The notes beneath the pieces were generated by a model. It ran no database searches, was not told the DNA's origin, and saw only the letters and a list, made by a program, of their open reading frames with translations. Below are positions 36,660-48,792 of a stretch of DNA of 64,000 nt, in pieces (the first letter of the stretch is position 1; every line of letters begins with the position of its first letter). The DNA comes from Camelus dromedarius (lineage: Eukaryota): positions 49,664,001-49,728,000 of the forward strand of contig NC_087437.1 of the NCBI RefSeq assembly GCF_036321535.1, written 5' to 3'. A program made the translations under genes and the position numbers.

Positions 36660-37390
36660 GCCCATTTAAAAGGCCGAAAACTCTAGAAAAAAGGAGCAAA
36701 TGATATGGACAGTTTGCAGAAAATGAGAGATTGATCTTAAGCACATGAAAAGCTTCTCAGCCCCACTCATAGGAAGAGAAATGCAAATTACAATGACAGT
36801 GAAATTTTATTTTTCACCTATCAGACTGGCAAATGTAAAAAAGTTTGACAACACTGAGAAGTGGCTCTCTGCCAATTGATACAGCTTCTAGAGAGAAATT
36901 TGTTAGTATCTATCAAAATTAAATGCATACGCCTTCTGACCTGGTAGTGTCAGACTCGTAGCAGTGCAGCCAACAGGCATCTTCTCAAACGTTGGAAAGA
37001 TTACTCGCTGAGGCATTGTTTATAGTAGTAAGGTTTTCAGGACATCCAGAAAGTCCAGTAATAGGACCGGTTAAATAAATAATGATGCATCAATTTAATG
37101 AAACACTAACAAATATAAACAAGAATGAGGGAGTACTTCGCTTACAGATGTGAACCCCAAGATTTTTGGTTAAATGTAAAAGAGCAAAGGGTGGAAAAGC
37201 ATGTCTAGTGGGCTAGCATTTGTGTCTAAAAAAGGAAAAAAAAAAAGACTATGTATGTATATATGCAATAGTTTGCCTGTTGAGAGGAGAATTTGAATTT
37301 GGAGCTTGGGGGATAAATGAGAGAGAAAGTTTCCACTTTGTACCATTTTGTAGTGTTTGAGTTTTGAATCATATTAATTCATTACCTATT
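36660..37390 (+). mobile_element. Old L1 (L1ME/MC-like) 3' fragment
   Basis: 'agcacatgaaaagcttctcagccccactcataggaagagaaatgcaaatta', 'tttcacctatcagactggcaaa', 'gcattgtttatagtag'. Confidence 0.75.
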
Positions 37391-37649
37391 CTGTGTCCTC
37401 AAAAAGATAAAAATATTGTATCTGGCTCTCTAATATAGCCATTGAATTTAACATGAAAAACTGTGTTTTGAAATACTCATCAATTACTTAATCCCCCACC
37501 ACCCTACTCCTGTTCCATTTGACATCCACCAATATTTGAGTAAATTTGATGTCCTAGGAGACTTCTGCAGGTTTCTCCTATAGCTCCCTAGATCCCTGGT
37601 GTCCACAATCAAGTCCTGCTGGGCAGGTACCACCCCAAAGGTGAGATGG

Positions 37650-37800
37650 TTGTGATGGCATGAGCAAGGCTCTGGAGGAGCCAGAGCTGAATTTGAATCC
37701 TATCTACAGTATTCATTGGTTATATTAACCTGACTGAGTTACCTTATCTCTCAAAACCTCCATTTCTTGATCTGTGAAATGGAAATAACTGTTCACTCCT
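37650..37800 (+). mobile_element. MIR SINE
   Basis: 'ggctctggaggagccagagctgaatttgaatcc...gagttaccttatctctcaaaacctccatttcttgatctgtgaaatggaaata'. Confidence 0.7.
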
Positions 37801-39085
37801 GCATCGGAAAGTCAGACTTGACCATCCTGGTGTACCTTAGGGTTTCACGTAGTTAAGGCTCAAACTCGTGAATAACAACTGACTTACTTTGCCCCACTGC
37901 ATCAATGTCCCAGCTGACCTCTGTCAGCGTCACAGGAGAGCTGGCCAGACTCACCCCTGCCTCTTGTTTCACTCACTCACTCAGAAACCCACCGTTTGCT
38001 GGTTCCTGCAGTCACCCTGGAGTTGGTCGCTGTTCTTTCCGGGTCAGCCAACTCTCCCTCCAAGGTGCCCTCGACTTAGTCCTAAGAATGCACCTCCTTG
38101 AAGCTTTCAAATCCAAAGGCTCCCGCAGCTTTTTGGGCAGTCTTAGTTACTTTCTCATGGCTGAGAGAAAGGGCGTTCCTTTAACATTGGGTTAAGGGAG
38201 CCAGTCTGTGGTGTCTGGAGCCCCAGGGACCTGGTGACAATTACACTTATCTTGTGGGGATTTGTGCCAGGTGCACAGGGACAGGCTGCCCACTCACCTG
38301 GGTGAATTTCAGACCCCAGTGCTACTGCTTCATCAGCATGCGTTTGGCTTGGTGTGATCTACAATCAAATGTACCTAAAATGTATGTATGTCTTGCCAAC
38401 TGTTTACTTAAGCAACTACTGGGACCTGTTACCAAGTGACATCAAAGGCTCTGAGGTGGCTGTTTTTATAGGCAGCCTAAGAAATGGTAGAAGGTCCAGG
38501 TTTATATGTGTTCATACATTTTACTGGGAGAAAAATGCATATGCAGTTAATAGCTGCTATGGTGAGACAGAATGCTTTTTGAAAGTTTCTCTTTAAAAGT
38601 CAAAGATTAATCACTTTCAAGGCAGAGGGAAAACAGGAGGAGGAAAAAAAGCCCAGACTGTGGTAGGCTAGATTTCCCCCAGATATTATTGCTGCTTCTG
38701 TCTCTGCAGCCGAACATAACAGCTGGTGAGTAGGGAGAAACTGGAGAAAGATCTTTTTTGCCTTTAATCCAGTGCGCTGTTTTCCTGTGCCCGTTTTACT
38801 GTAATTCTCAGCGGCCGTGGGACAAAAGCTGTTGACTGATACATGCAATTACCTCCTCTAATATTGCTCTCAACTGTCGGCCCTGACTGACAAAAGTGGA
38901 TGAGGTTTAGTTAAGGTCTGGGAAAACACTCTTTTAATAAAAGCCAGTCCCATCTCTGTGATCACCTCCCCCCCTCAGACCTTTCATCTGTTTTCTGGAA
39001 AGATAAGGCCCGGTGATGGAAAGTTAAAAAGTGGTGCTGAACTTGGACGTTGACGACGCCACCATTTACCTCACAAAATTCCTCC

Positions 39086-39087
<2 letters not shown>

Positions 39088-39127
<40 letters not shown>
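39088..39127. repeat. (TG)20 microsatellite
   Basis: Directly visible, followed by 'ctcgcgcgcacgtgtgtgtgca'. Confidence 0.97.
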
Positions 39128-39129
<2 letters not shown>

Positions 39130-39179
39130 CGCGCGCACGTGTGTGTGCATTTGCATTGGAAATGAGGAAAATCAGTTTG

Positions 39180-39600
39180 GGTCATTGGGTAGGGTTTTCC
39201 CAGAAAGAATAAGAAGTGGTTTCAGAAAGTTAAACCAGCTCCTTATTGGTTTCAGCCCGCATTTGGGTTTTGTGCGCACAAGAGAGCCTCGAGGAGGTCT
39301 CCCCTCGGGTCCTCCCACGGGTCGCTGGACCGTGGAGCCCCGTTCCCGCGGAGGGTACGCCCAGCCACCCTGTGTAATGAACTGTGGATGGACGCCTTCT
39401 CCTTCCCACTGCGTGTGTGCACTCACGGAGCGCCGCTGTAGGAGGAGGTGGTGAAAATCCTCGTGGGGAACCCCTGGGCAGCCCAAGGTGGGGTCTGCAG
39501 TGAGCCTCTCACCACCGCCCCGCCCCTGCCCACCCTTTGTTTAGAAGAATTTCTAGTTCACACAGGATCAGATCACAGAAGTGAGGATGGCGCCCTACTT
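39180..39600. promoter_or_regulatory. Small CpG-enriched element with CCAAT-box and GC-box motifs (candidate promoter/enhancer)
   Basis: Local CpG clustering at 39280-39440 in a CpG-poor window, two ATTGG (reverse CCAAT) near 39184 and 39245, and 'ccgccccgcccc' near 39514. Confidence 0.35.
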
Positions 39601-40248
39601 ACAAGTGTGGTTTGGAAGACTGAAGTGGAAACTATGGGAAGATGTCCGTATAAAAGCCGAAAACTGTGTGGCTTGGACTGTGTCCCTGTCTTTTGAAAGG
39701 ACTGCTGGTTGCTCTGAATGCAAATCACCAGCCATTGTGCCGATGGAACAGGTCTTCAGGATGGCTGGGCAGCGCTGGGCAGAAAGTCCCCACTAATTCC
39801 TTTGATGGGGGTGGGTTTGTGGCGCAGGGGCTGAGGTTGCAGTTTATTCCCAGGCCCAGAGGGAGGCTAGCTTAGGTCCGAAGGAAGTCACTCCCTTATC
39901 AACAGAGCGACGTAGTTTCCTTCTATCAGTTTTCCCCTGCGTTGGCACTCAATTTTCATAACACAAATTGTGATGTGATAAAGTCTGCACATTATTAATA
40001 GTAGCAATAACATGGCAAGGTTATTCCTGTGCAGTTTAATAAAAAACAAAGGGCCACGCTGCTGATGAAGTGAATTACCTAGGATTTCAGAACCAGGACA
40101 TGACATATTCTGCTCTTTCAAGAATCTGCAGACTCTGCTAAAAAAAACCGCTTCCCTTAGAGATAAGCCTGCCTTCCACCTCCACCCCACCCCACCCAGT
40201 TGGTATGGGGGCCACGCACCAGGTTAACACCTCATTTGCTTTCTGTAG

Positions 40249-40393
40249 AGGTTTCAGAGAATGTCAGTTGCTGACAGAAATGTATTGAAACCTGGAAGTG
40301 TGTCACACAGGAGAAGAAAAGAGTCATTGCCCAGGAGGCCTCGTCTAGGAGGAGAGACCGAATTTCAGCCTAAGGTGACAAATACTCAGGGAG
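40249..40393 (+). pseudogene. Candidate internal exon, 145 nt (RFQRMSVADRNVLKPGSVSHRRRKESLPRRPRLGGETEFQPKVTNTQG)
   Basis: Branch-like 'ttaac', acceptor 'ctcatttgctttctgtag|', donor 'GAG|gtgagt'. Only the phase-0 frame is open, which is the frame required by the upstream split exon. Confidence 0.5.
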
Positions 40394-41139
40394 GTGAGTG
40401 CCATGAGTCCATGGAGGAAGAGGATGAGATCGTCCAGCATGACTGGGTCTGGAAGAAAGAGATGCCCCAGCTGGACCATATGAAAGACCATTTCTGTGTT
40501 TTCTACTCAGAATTAGAACAGGTGGCAGCTGAATGCTTCTGGAAAGGGGAACTATAGAAGTGTGTGTCTGTGATTGTTTGTCCCTACTCAGTGTTTCAAA
40601 AGAGATAGTAGAGAGCTAAAATTTAGCCCTTGCATTCTGTAAGAAACACTTGAGAGTTAGTATGCCCAGGAGAAGGGGAGACAGAGGCACGGTGGCGGCC
40701 ACCTGGGGAAATCCGAGTGGCTGCCGCCGTGGGGACTGGCTCTCTACTCCGGGAATTTCCATCCCTACTCCTCATGGTAACTTATTCTCCTTTGCTTCGG
40801 CGCTGCCTGCAAGGCGGGCTGGGCTTTTTAACGCAGTGACTCCTTCCTTGACATGCTTTACAGGTGCACAAAGGCCACGGCTTTCTGTGCAGGGACAACA
40901 GAAAATGAAATGAGACGCAGTGCCTCCCTTAGAGGGCAAACACCCCAGCAATGCAGACAGAGACGTAAACCAGTAATGCACTGCATGGGCTTCCATGGGG
41001 ATGGAGGAGGGCTCTGCAGGGCACAGAGGAAGGGGACGACCTGACTCCAGCTTTACGCATGATGAGGGTGTCCCCTGCTTTCCCTGTCTGTGCTAATCGC
41101 CCGCGATCCCTCTGTGCTTCTCCCACACGAGGCCTGGCT

Positions 41140-41290
41140 CTAAGTGCTCGGACACAGTGATCCATGTCCTCTTCACACAGTCCTCCATGAGGAAACAGAG
41201 GCAAAAGTGCCCCAAAGGCACACAGTGAGGGCCAGGACTTGAACCTGGGCTGCCTGACTCCCGAGTCCACGCGTCACCATTCACTGCCTG
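41140..41290 (-). mobile_element. MIR SINE
   Basis: 'atgaggaaacagaggcaaaagtgcccaaaggcacacag...ccaggacttgaacctgggctgcctgactcc'. Confidence 0.75.
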
Positions 41291-41519
41291 TGCTCCAGCG
41301 GGGAGCTTTCCCTTGGGGGCAGATGACTGAGCCCAAGGTCTGATCTGGCTCCTGGGAGGAGAAGGCAGGGGAAACTTCTACACAAGGCATCCTGGAGAGG
41401 AGGAACATTTTTTTTTAACCTGTGGAATTCTGCCCCCACCCTGCCACACACAATCAGACATTCACTCCTACAAACCACACACACACTTCTTCCCCTATTA
41501 CCATGAGTCCCAACTTTGC

Positions 41520-41650
41520 CTTTGCATCAAAATCACCCAGAGTATAAAATAGAATACAGATGCTAAGGTCCCCTCCCAGATAGACTAGATAATCATCTCT
41601 GGGAGCAGGCCTTGAGCACCTGGATTTTTCCATTTCTTAAAAAAAATTGT
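41520..41650. mobile_element. MER5A-like hAT-Charlie MITE
   Basis: 'tgcatcaaaatcacccagag...tacagatgctaaggtcccctcccaga...aatcatctctgggagcaggcc'. Confidence 0.65.
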
Positions 41651-43039
41651 GACATGCACGCCCATAGTGAAAATTCACAGCACAGAAAAGAAGATCTCTG
41701 TGCCCCTCCCACCTCACCCTCAGTCCTTCTTTCTTCCCAGAGACAAACAGTTCCTTGGGATCCGTTTCCTTCCAGAAAACAATGTTCCCACGTGGCCACC
41801 TGTCATTTTTCTCACCTCTGTGGATGACTGTGATGAGCAGTCTGGCAAGAATCTCCCACTTGGGCCCTGCTCTGTGGGAAAGGAGGGTGTGGAGAAGTAG
41901 GCTTGGGAAGCCGGGACCTTTCTGAGTCGACAAGCATACACAAGAGCAAAGGACAGAGCCAGAGAGGAGCGACTCAGGGCGGCAGCCCCCTTAAGAGTGA
42001 AAAGAGGCAGCAATTCCTCTTCGGATGTATGGAGCCCGTAAGAACTGCGAAAGGCAGAGTGGCCAGAGCTAGTGAGAATGCAGTGGGGATTCCAGGGGAG
42101 ACTTGAGGAGTCTCGATGACGAGAGGAAAAGGAATTCTGGGTGGAAAGCATGGCATGGGACCTGAATTCTCATTCATCCCTTACTCCAGGTATCTTTCTC
42201 TTCAGTGCTTTGGGAGGCAGTAGGTGTAATCACAAGAGCATGCACTTTGGTGTCAGGCAGTCCTGGATTACAGGGCTTGAATGCACAGTAGGGGTGGTGA
42301 CCGACACACAGGAGGCACCGGGGAGAGACAGGTGAAGGAGACATGTCCTTATATTCAGTCTTCTGGGTAGACAGACATGTAGAAACCCCCGTGCAATGTG
42401 TTGACCGTTTTCCTAACAGTAGGCAAGTGTGAAGCGGGTTGGGAGGGTTAGACATCCTGGGATTTCTTTTGAGAACTAAATCAGGGCCTCGTTAGCCAGA
42501 GTCTTGAAATAGGTCGTAAGTTTTTGGTCACCAGGTTTTGGGAGGGGTCCACCCTGATCTGTCACAGACACAACTGGGGAACAGCTGAGCTTGGGTTGAT
42601 GCTGGCTAATGCTTGGTCACAGCTCTGTGGTCTGTGTGCTTTCCAGGGTCTCCATGAGTCACACAAGAGAACAGGAGGTGTGTCTGCAGACCTGTTTGGT
42701 AGCCCTTCCTCTTTGAAACCCAGGTTAAGTCTGAGTTAGAAATCAAAGGCTTGCTTGAGTTTCGTTGCTTTCAGGACTTTTACAATTGCTTTTTTTATCT
42801 TGTAATAATACAGTGACACTTTCTGAAGACAACGTGTATCTGGAAAGTTTCAGTATATACTCAAATCAAATTTTTGAAAAATGAATCAGAGAGAAATTTT
42901 CATGCTGTATTGCGGACTAGCCCAGGTTGGGTTTTTTTGCTGAATGGTCATTTCTGCCATAGGAAGGACTCTTTTTTTTTTTTTTTTTTTTTTTTAAAGC
43001 TGGAAGGACTTTTGACAGCCACCATTTTTCTTTTTCTCC

Positions 43040-43340
43040 CGTGTTTTAAATGCCTACTATGTGCTTGGTGTGGTTGTCAGCACTGTGTCTCAGCAGCAGC
43101 ACCGCAAGAGAAGTGTTTTGCTCTTGTCATAATTTTACAGATGAGGGAAATGAAGATACCAACACATCAGGGGTCTTCCCTGACCTCCTGTTCTGATGCG
43201 TGGCCAGGCTGGTATTTGAACTTGGATAGCTCCACACAAGTTAAGCCTCTCATTTTACAAATGAGTCAGCTGAAGTCCCAAGGCCACCTGTGTTACTGTT
43301 GCGGATACTGGAGCCCAGGTTTTCTGAATTTGTGACCAGG
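43040..43340 (-). mobile_element. Two adjacent MIR fragments
   Basis: 'attttacagatgagggaaatgaag' and 'cattttacaaatgagtcagctgaagtccca'. Confidence 0.6.
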
Positions 43341-44739
43341 TGCTTTGCATGACAGGAGGGTTACCCCTGAGGAACAGGCTCTGCCTTTGGTCTCTTCCCT
43401 TCTCAATACATCCTGCATACAATCACTATATAACCTGCTTCCACCTCCCAGTCCCCCAACCCCCCAAACGCCCAACACACACACACACAAAACCCATGCT
43501 TTGATTTCCCCCAAGCCACAGCTGAGGGTCCCCAGGTCTGCCCATCCTGACCTCTAACATCTCTGGCATGGATCCCACAACCCAGCCAGAGACCCTAAGG
43601 TGCCCTGCTTGAGCAAGGTACATGCGTTCCTGCTTCCGTCTTTGTTCATCATTTCCTGCTTGTTGGCTGGCCCTCGTCTTGCCAGCCCCACAGGGCTAAG
43701 TGATAGTGTCTTTTGATGCCACCTCCTTCATGACGCTTGTGATGTCTCAGAGCTGTGTAGGTTCTGTTGCTCTTGTTGAGGGATAAGGGCCAGGGTGGGG
43801 AAGGAAAGGGAAGGGAGAAAACGGGAGGAACTCAGAACACTAGATGTGAAGCTTGGAGATGAGTGTAGCGATGGATGACCCCGAGGCTGAGCAACAGCTA
43901 TAAGAGTTGTGGCTTTTTGGGGGCTTGCTGTGTCTTGGAACAGTGCTGTGTCATCATCTGAAGTTTTCACAGCAAGTCATCACATTGCTGCAGCTGGGAT
44001 TCCGGCCTGGGTAGGCCCGAAGTCCCTCACCGTTGTGCCGTCTCCCAAGACAGTTGGTCGTGGGATAGGCGAATAATGGAGTAATTCTTACAATGGAGGA
44101 TTAAAGACATGAAACAAAATTGGGGTCATGGATTGAGACAATGCAGCGTGGGACTCTGGAATCAGAAGAGATGAGGGGCGTGGCCAAGAGTGAAGCTCTC
44201 TTAGGCTGTGGCCTTCTGTCTTTGGAGCCTCTCTCATTCAGTGATCATCTGGGCCCCTGGAATTGCACTTGTGGCTTGTGAATTTTGCTTTGTGTTTTAG
44301 GGCTTTGGGTTCCCAACCTCCCTGAAGGCAGGGACTGTGTCTATGCCTTGGTGAGGTGGAGACACAAGACTGTGGCCAAGTGGCCATGTGGGAAGTGCAG
44401 GGGGCAGGCACCTCGTTCTGCTCAGGGATGTGGGGAGGCTTCACAGAGAGATAAAGGGTCCAGGCAGAGCAGGGGAACAGGATGAGGGAACTCAGGGTAG
44501 AGAGCAGGGCACACGTTCAGGGAGGAAGGCCAGGAAAGGCACGGGGACTGGACTTAGGGACGTGCCAGGCTATAAGTCAAGAGAAAGCAGTGGGAGAAAA
44601 TGAGGCTGGAGAGGCAGCTCAAGGCTGGGCACAGATGTAAAAGCCAGCCCTCCACCCCATGTGCTTGCAACCCACCCACTCAGACCACTGCCAGCTCCCT
44701 ACTGCTTGAAACAACACATTGTCTCTGAGCCTTGAGCAG

Positions 44740-45010
44740 GCCCAGGATACCCTTCCTTACTCATCTAGAGAATTCTGCTCATCTTTCAAGGCATTTTAGA
44801 CACGTGTCCTGGGAGGCCTGCATTGCATTCTCAAGTAGAATTCCCTGTTTCCTCAGGAGTGTCTTTTCTACGTCTCTGTTCTAGCACTGGTCACACTGTT
44901 TTGTCCGTCTTCCCTATTATTGTGGGAGCTCCTTCAGGAGGAGAAACTTTGTCCTGTCTTTGCATCCCCCTTGCTAGTACATAGTAGGTACTCGGCCCAT
45001 TTGGATGATG
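44740..45010 (+). mobile_element. L2 3' fragment
   Basis: 'attctgctcatctttcaagg', 'tgtgggagctccttcaggagg...tttgcatccccc...acatagtaggtactc'. Confidence 0.65.
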
Positions 45011-46049
45011 GAGTGACCCCGGCCTAGCATTCATGTGTTTTTCAGACAGACAGACAGAGTGAGTGGCCAGTGGGGCCCTGGGAGTCTGGGAAGAGTAGAG
45101 GGGGACTTGCCTGTTTGCTCTGGGAGGTCCGCTGGGGCCCACTCACCCTGCCTCCCTTCAGCCTCTGTACTTGCCAACCAGGCCCTGTAATATATCTGCA
45201 TTTTTCCCCTTTGTCACTTTTTTTTTCCTGCAAGGAGTGTAGCAGCCCCTCAGGAGTTTGATTATATTGCAAGATGAATAAGATATTTGAATTATGCTAT
45301 TTAAATGAGTCATCTCAACCCTAGTGTAATTGTTCACCCCCTGTCACACTAAACGTGACTACATTTCCAAAAGAGTGGCCTGAATAGGAAAATGCTGGAA
45401 TCATTCAGTTCCAGTTCTCAATGGCTTATCATTTGCACCATGGGGGAGGGGGAGGTATGTGTGTGTCTTTTGTTTCACATCTGGGCAGATGTGGGCTTTT
45501 ACACGGTTACTCACCAGAGCCACCAGAACAAGTGGCGTGTATTTCCAGAAAGAAGGTGAATGCATTTCCTAGGTGTTCGGACATGTGTGTGCTGTGTGTT
45601 GGGGGCTGTGGGAGGAGGAGCAGAGTGCAGACTGCTGCGGAAGATGATGTCTGATCTTGGCTGGGTAGGTTCTCAACCTATAAACGAGCTTAAGCTGAAC
45701 AGATCTAGACTTTGGACTTGTGGCCTGAAATCTTCTTGTTTCACGTTTCTGTTTTGAGAGTTCAGGTCACTCTGAAAACTAAGCCTGCTCTGGTGGTCTC
45801 AGGATGGATACCCATGGCCCCCAGGGTGCCTGAGCATGTCTTCATTTTGGAGCAGAGCTGGAGGACAGGATCCTGATACTGCTCCAGTGGAGTCAGGCTC
45901 ATTTCTCTTCCTGTTGTCTCAGACATTGCAATCGTTCAGACTCTAAATATGAGTCAGCCCGCTGGGCAAGGCCTACCCTGAGATCAAAAGGAATTAAACT
46001 TTCCAAATTAGGGGTGAGCAGTGTTCCTAGAGTGATAGTCAGGTATTAT

Positions 46050-46420
46050 GTCATTCAGCAGATAGTGACTGTGTGCCATGAATCGGGCATATGCTCAGGG
46101 GCTGGTCATACAAGAGAAACAGGCCCTTGAGGCCCTGCCCTCAAGAAGTTCACAGTCTAGTGTGGTTGACGGGCATGCCAGTGGTTACAACATAATGGAG
46201 GCATGCAAGAAACGCTGTAGGAAATTAGGGCGTCAGTCTGCCCGAGGAGATTAGCCTAGGTTTCAAAAAGGAGAAGGTACTTTTGTTGGAACTTGAAGGA
46301 TGAGTAGTGGTATTTACTAGATTGGACAATTTGAGGGAGGGTATTTTTGGCAAAGGTTAAGGTGGTTAGAGAGCCTCATGTATGGTGATGGAGATGAGGG
46401 GGTTAGAACATGAAGAACGA
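46050..46420 (-). mobile_element. L2 fragment
   Basis: 'ccctgccctcaagaagttcacagtctagtg', 'gaacttgaaggatgagtag'. Confidence 0.7.
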
Positions 46421-46447
46421 AAATGTCTGTTTCTTTTACAATGTAGA

Positions 46448-47018
46448 TGTATTAGTATGTGTTCAGCTGCAAGGAACAGAAATCCTCAACACACAACACA
46501 AAGGGCTTAAACACTAAAGAAAATTTATCAGCATATATAATATGCTCAAAGACAGGGAAATTTCAAGATGGCTGAATTCAGTGGCTCAACTCTATCGTTA
46601 AGGACCTAGGTTCTTTCCACTTTTCTGCTCTGCCATCCTTGGTATGATGGTTTATCCTCAGACTAGTCTTTCTTCCGATCACAAGATGACTGAACAGAAG
46701 GAGAGGCTGTTTGTCTTCTGTCTTGATGTGTGTCTTTTTAATGAGTGAGGAAAAACCTTCTTATGAAGCACCCCCGGCAGACTCACCCTCACATCTCAGT
46801 GGCCAAAATCGCATGACATGCCCCGTCCTAAACCATTCACTGGCAAGGGGAATGCAACCACCATGGCTGGCTCACGCTGATCTTGACTGGCCCCCTGGAG
46901 GGGAACAATCGACTTCTGAAGTACATGGCCAGGTAGAGAAGACTGGAACAAAGTTGGACTTCTGATAGAAAGTAGCGAGAAGGGGTTGCAGAGTTGGCAA
47001 TCAGCAGTGTTTGCTACA
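46448..47018 (-). mobile_element. MaLR LTR (MLT1K/J-like)
   Basis: 'tgttattag...tcagctgcaaggaacagaaa', 'ttcagtggctcaac...aaggacctaggttctttccacttttctgctctgccatcct', 'cacatctcagtggccaaaa', ending 'cagtgtttgctaca'. Confidence 0.8.
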
Positions 47019-47399
47019 GTAGGTGATGAGAAACTCTTGTAGATGATCAAGCAGAAGTTGGCATGATTAGCTTTCCATGTTAAAAACAAAAATCACCCTG
47101 TCATCAGTGTAGAGTGTAGTTTTATAGATTAAAAAAAAAAAACTGAGAACGAATGGGAGAGTCTTATGAGAAGTCAAGCAACTGATCAACACATGTATGG
47201 AACTGGAGCTAAAATTTTCCTTGAGCCATGTTTCTTCACCTTAAGAGGGAGGGGAGTTGAGGGGTGGGGAGGTTCTAGGCATAGGAGAGACTTTCCATTC
47301 TGGATTTGCCAAGAAGTCCTCCTTTATGGTACTGTGGCAAGCTTGCAGCCTCTTTTAAGTCCAGATGATAATGTGGTTCACTTAGAAGGGCTGTTGTAA

Positions 47400-47590
47400 T
47401 CACAGAATTCCAGGATGTTGGAGATGGATGTGAACTTAAAGTCATCTAGTACAAGACCTTTATTTCACAAATGAGGAAACTGGGACCCAGACAAGAGAAG
47501 TGACCTGTTAAGTCCCTGTGTTTGTACATGGCCGAGCTGTAACCAAACCCACAGGTTTCCTTAAGTCCCTGTCCTGTGCTCTTTGTAATG
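47400..47590 (-). mobile_element. MIR-family SINE
   Basis: 'atttcacaaatgaggaaactgggacccagacaagagaagtgacctg'. Confidence 0.7.
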
Positions 47591-48436
47591 GGTTCTCAGG
47601 GCCATCTCTCTCTCTATTTTTTCTTTCCCTCAAACCATTTTATTTGCTTAATAGTGATTCCATGTAATGCAGTTGTCCTCTGATTTTCTGAATTGATAGA
47701 GTACTTCCCTCCTTCCACCATCCTAAGCATGCATTGCTACCATGGCCCTTCCAGGCTCAGTCCATATCTACAGTGGTTTATTTATAGAGAATGCATCTCT
47801 TAAGATTCAGTGTAACCCCGCTGGTCTTCCCTAGTATTTCTTGCACTGTCCTGGTTTCTTTAATAAGAATTGGAGCTTCCTAGCAGATGAAGAACAATTT
47901 TACCTCGTTAGTTGGAGGAACATGGGGGCCATCTCGTATGGGGGCTTCCGTGTGCATTCAGGAGCACTGGGAAAGCCCTCTTCCTGTGTTTCTGTTGTCT
48001 CCGACAACAATCTTATTGTTGGAATATTTTAAAAAATAATGCTTGGGTTTCTATAAGAAGGCAAACAATCCTGGCAGGTATCATGTTGAAGCTCTCTTAT
48101 TCACTTATAATATCATCTTAGTGTGACCGTGTCCCTCTGGCTTTTTCTTTGAAGCAGTTTTAGTGGGGGATGAGGATGAGACCCCTCTGGGAACCTGGGA
48201 AAGGAAGGGAGGCTCTGTGCTGTGGGCTGGGAGACTCAAGGCCTCATTACTTTGTTGAGGGCTTTTCCTGTCACACCAAGCCACAAAGACATTAAGAATC
48301 TTGGTGATGGAGACATTAAGGAGTGGCTGTTGGTGTTCTCCTGTGAGGTGGAAACTCTGACTCATTTTTTTCGACAACTAAACATCCATTGACAGTGACC
48401 CATCATGCTGTTTGCACTCTTTCCTTTGGCTTTCAG

Positions 48437-48567
48437 TGTATACGTGCCCATTCCCCCTAGAACATACACCCGTCTTGGCCAAAACTTTTACCCAGAAGCC
48501 TCTGAAAAGTCACCCTTGGAGACAGAGCAGTACTTCAAACAGCAGGCACCAAAGAGAAAAAAAATGA
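48437..48567 (+). pseudogene. Candidate terminal coding exon ((V)YTCPFPLEHTPVLAKTFTQKPLKSHPWRQSSTSNSRHQREKK*)
   Basis: Strong acceptor 'tttgcactctttcctttggctttcag|'. The phase-1 frame is open to TGA 48565-48567. A second frame (VYVPIPPRTY...APKRKK...) is also open, so the frame is ambiguous. Confidence 0.3.
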
Positions 48568-48792
48568 GCTTAGTAAAAACTAGAATTGGTTTCAAAGACA
48601 AGGTGTTACTGAAAAAGTGCTATGTGCAAATCACCAAGTTAACTAAAGACTGCCCTATAAAATCCATTTTTTTCATCTTTGCTTTTGAAAATATTTTTAA
48701 AGTGTATTAGCTTATTTTTCTGGTCATAGGTCAAACATTATAAAACTGTTCATTTTAGATGTAGAAGGTAGATAAAGATTGAGCTGAATCTA

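Noticed and set aside
28290..38613. Shared 12-mer 'aaagattaatca' at 28290 and 38602
   Set aside because: Exact 12-mer matches are expected many times by chance in 64 kb of AT-rich DNA.
47912..48710. Faint resemblance, from memory only, of the peptides 'LFLCFCCLR' and 'LETEQYFKQ' to the human C5orf64 ORF
   Set aside because: Too short and unverifiable without a search, so no gene symbol was assigned. BLAST or synteny with the ZSWIM6-KIF2A interval would settle it.
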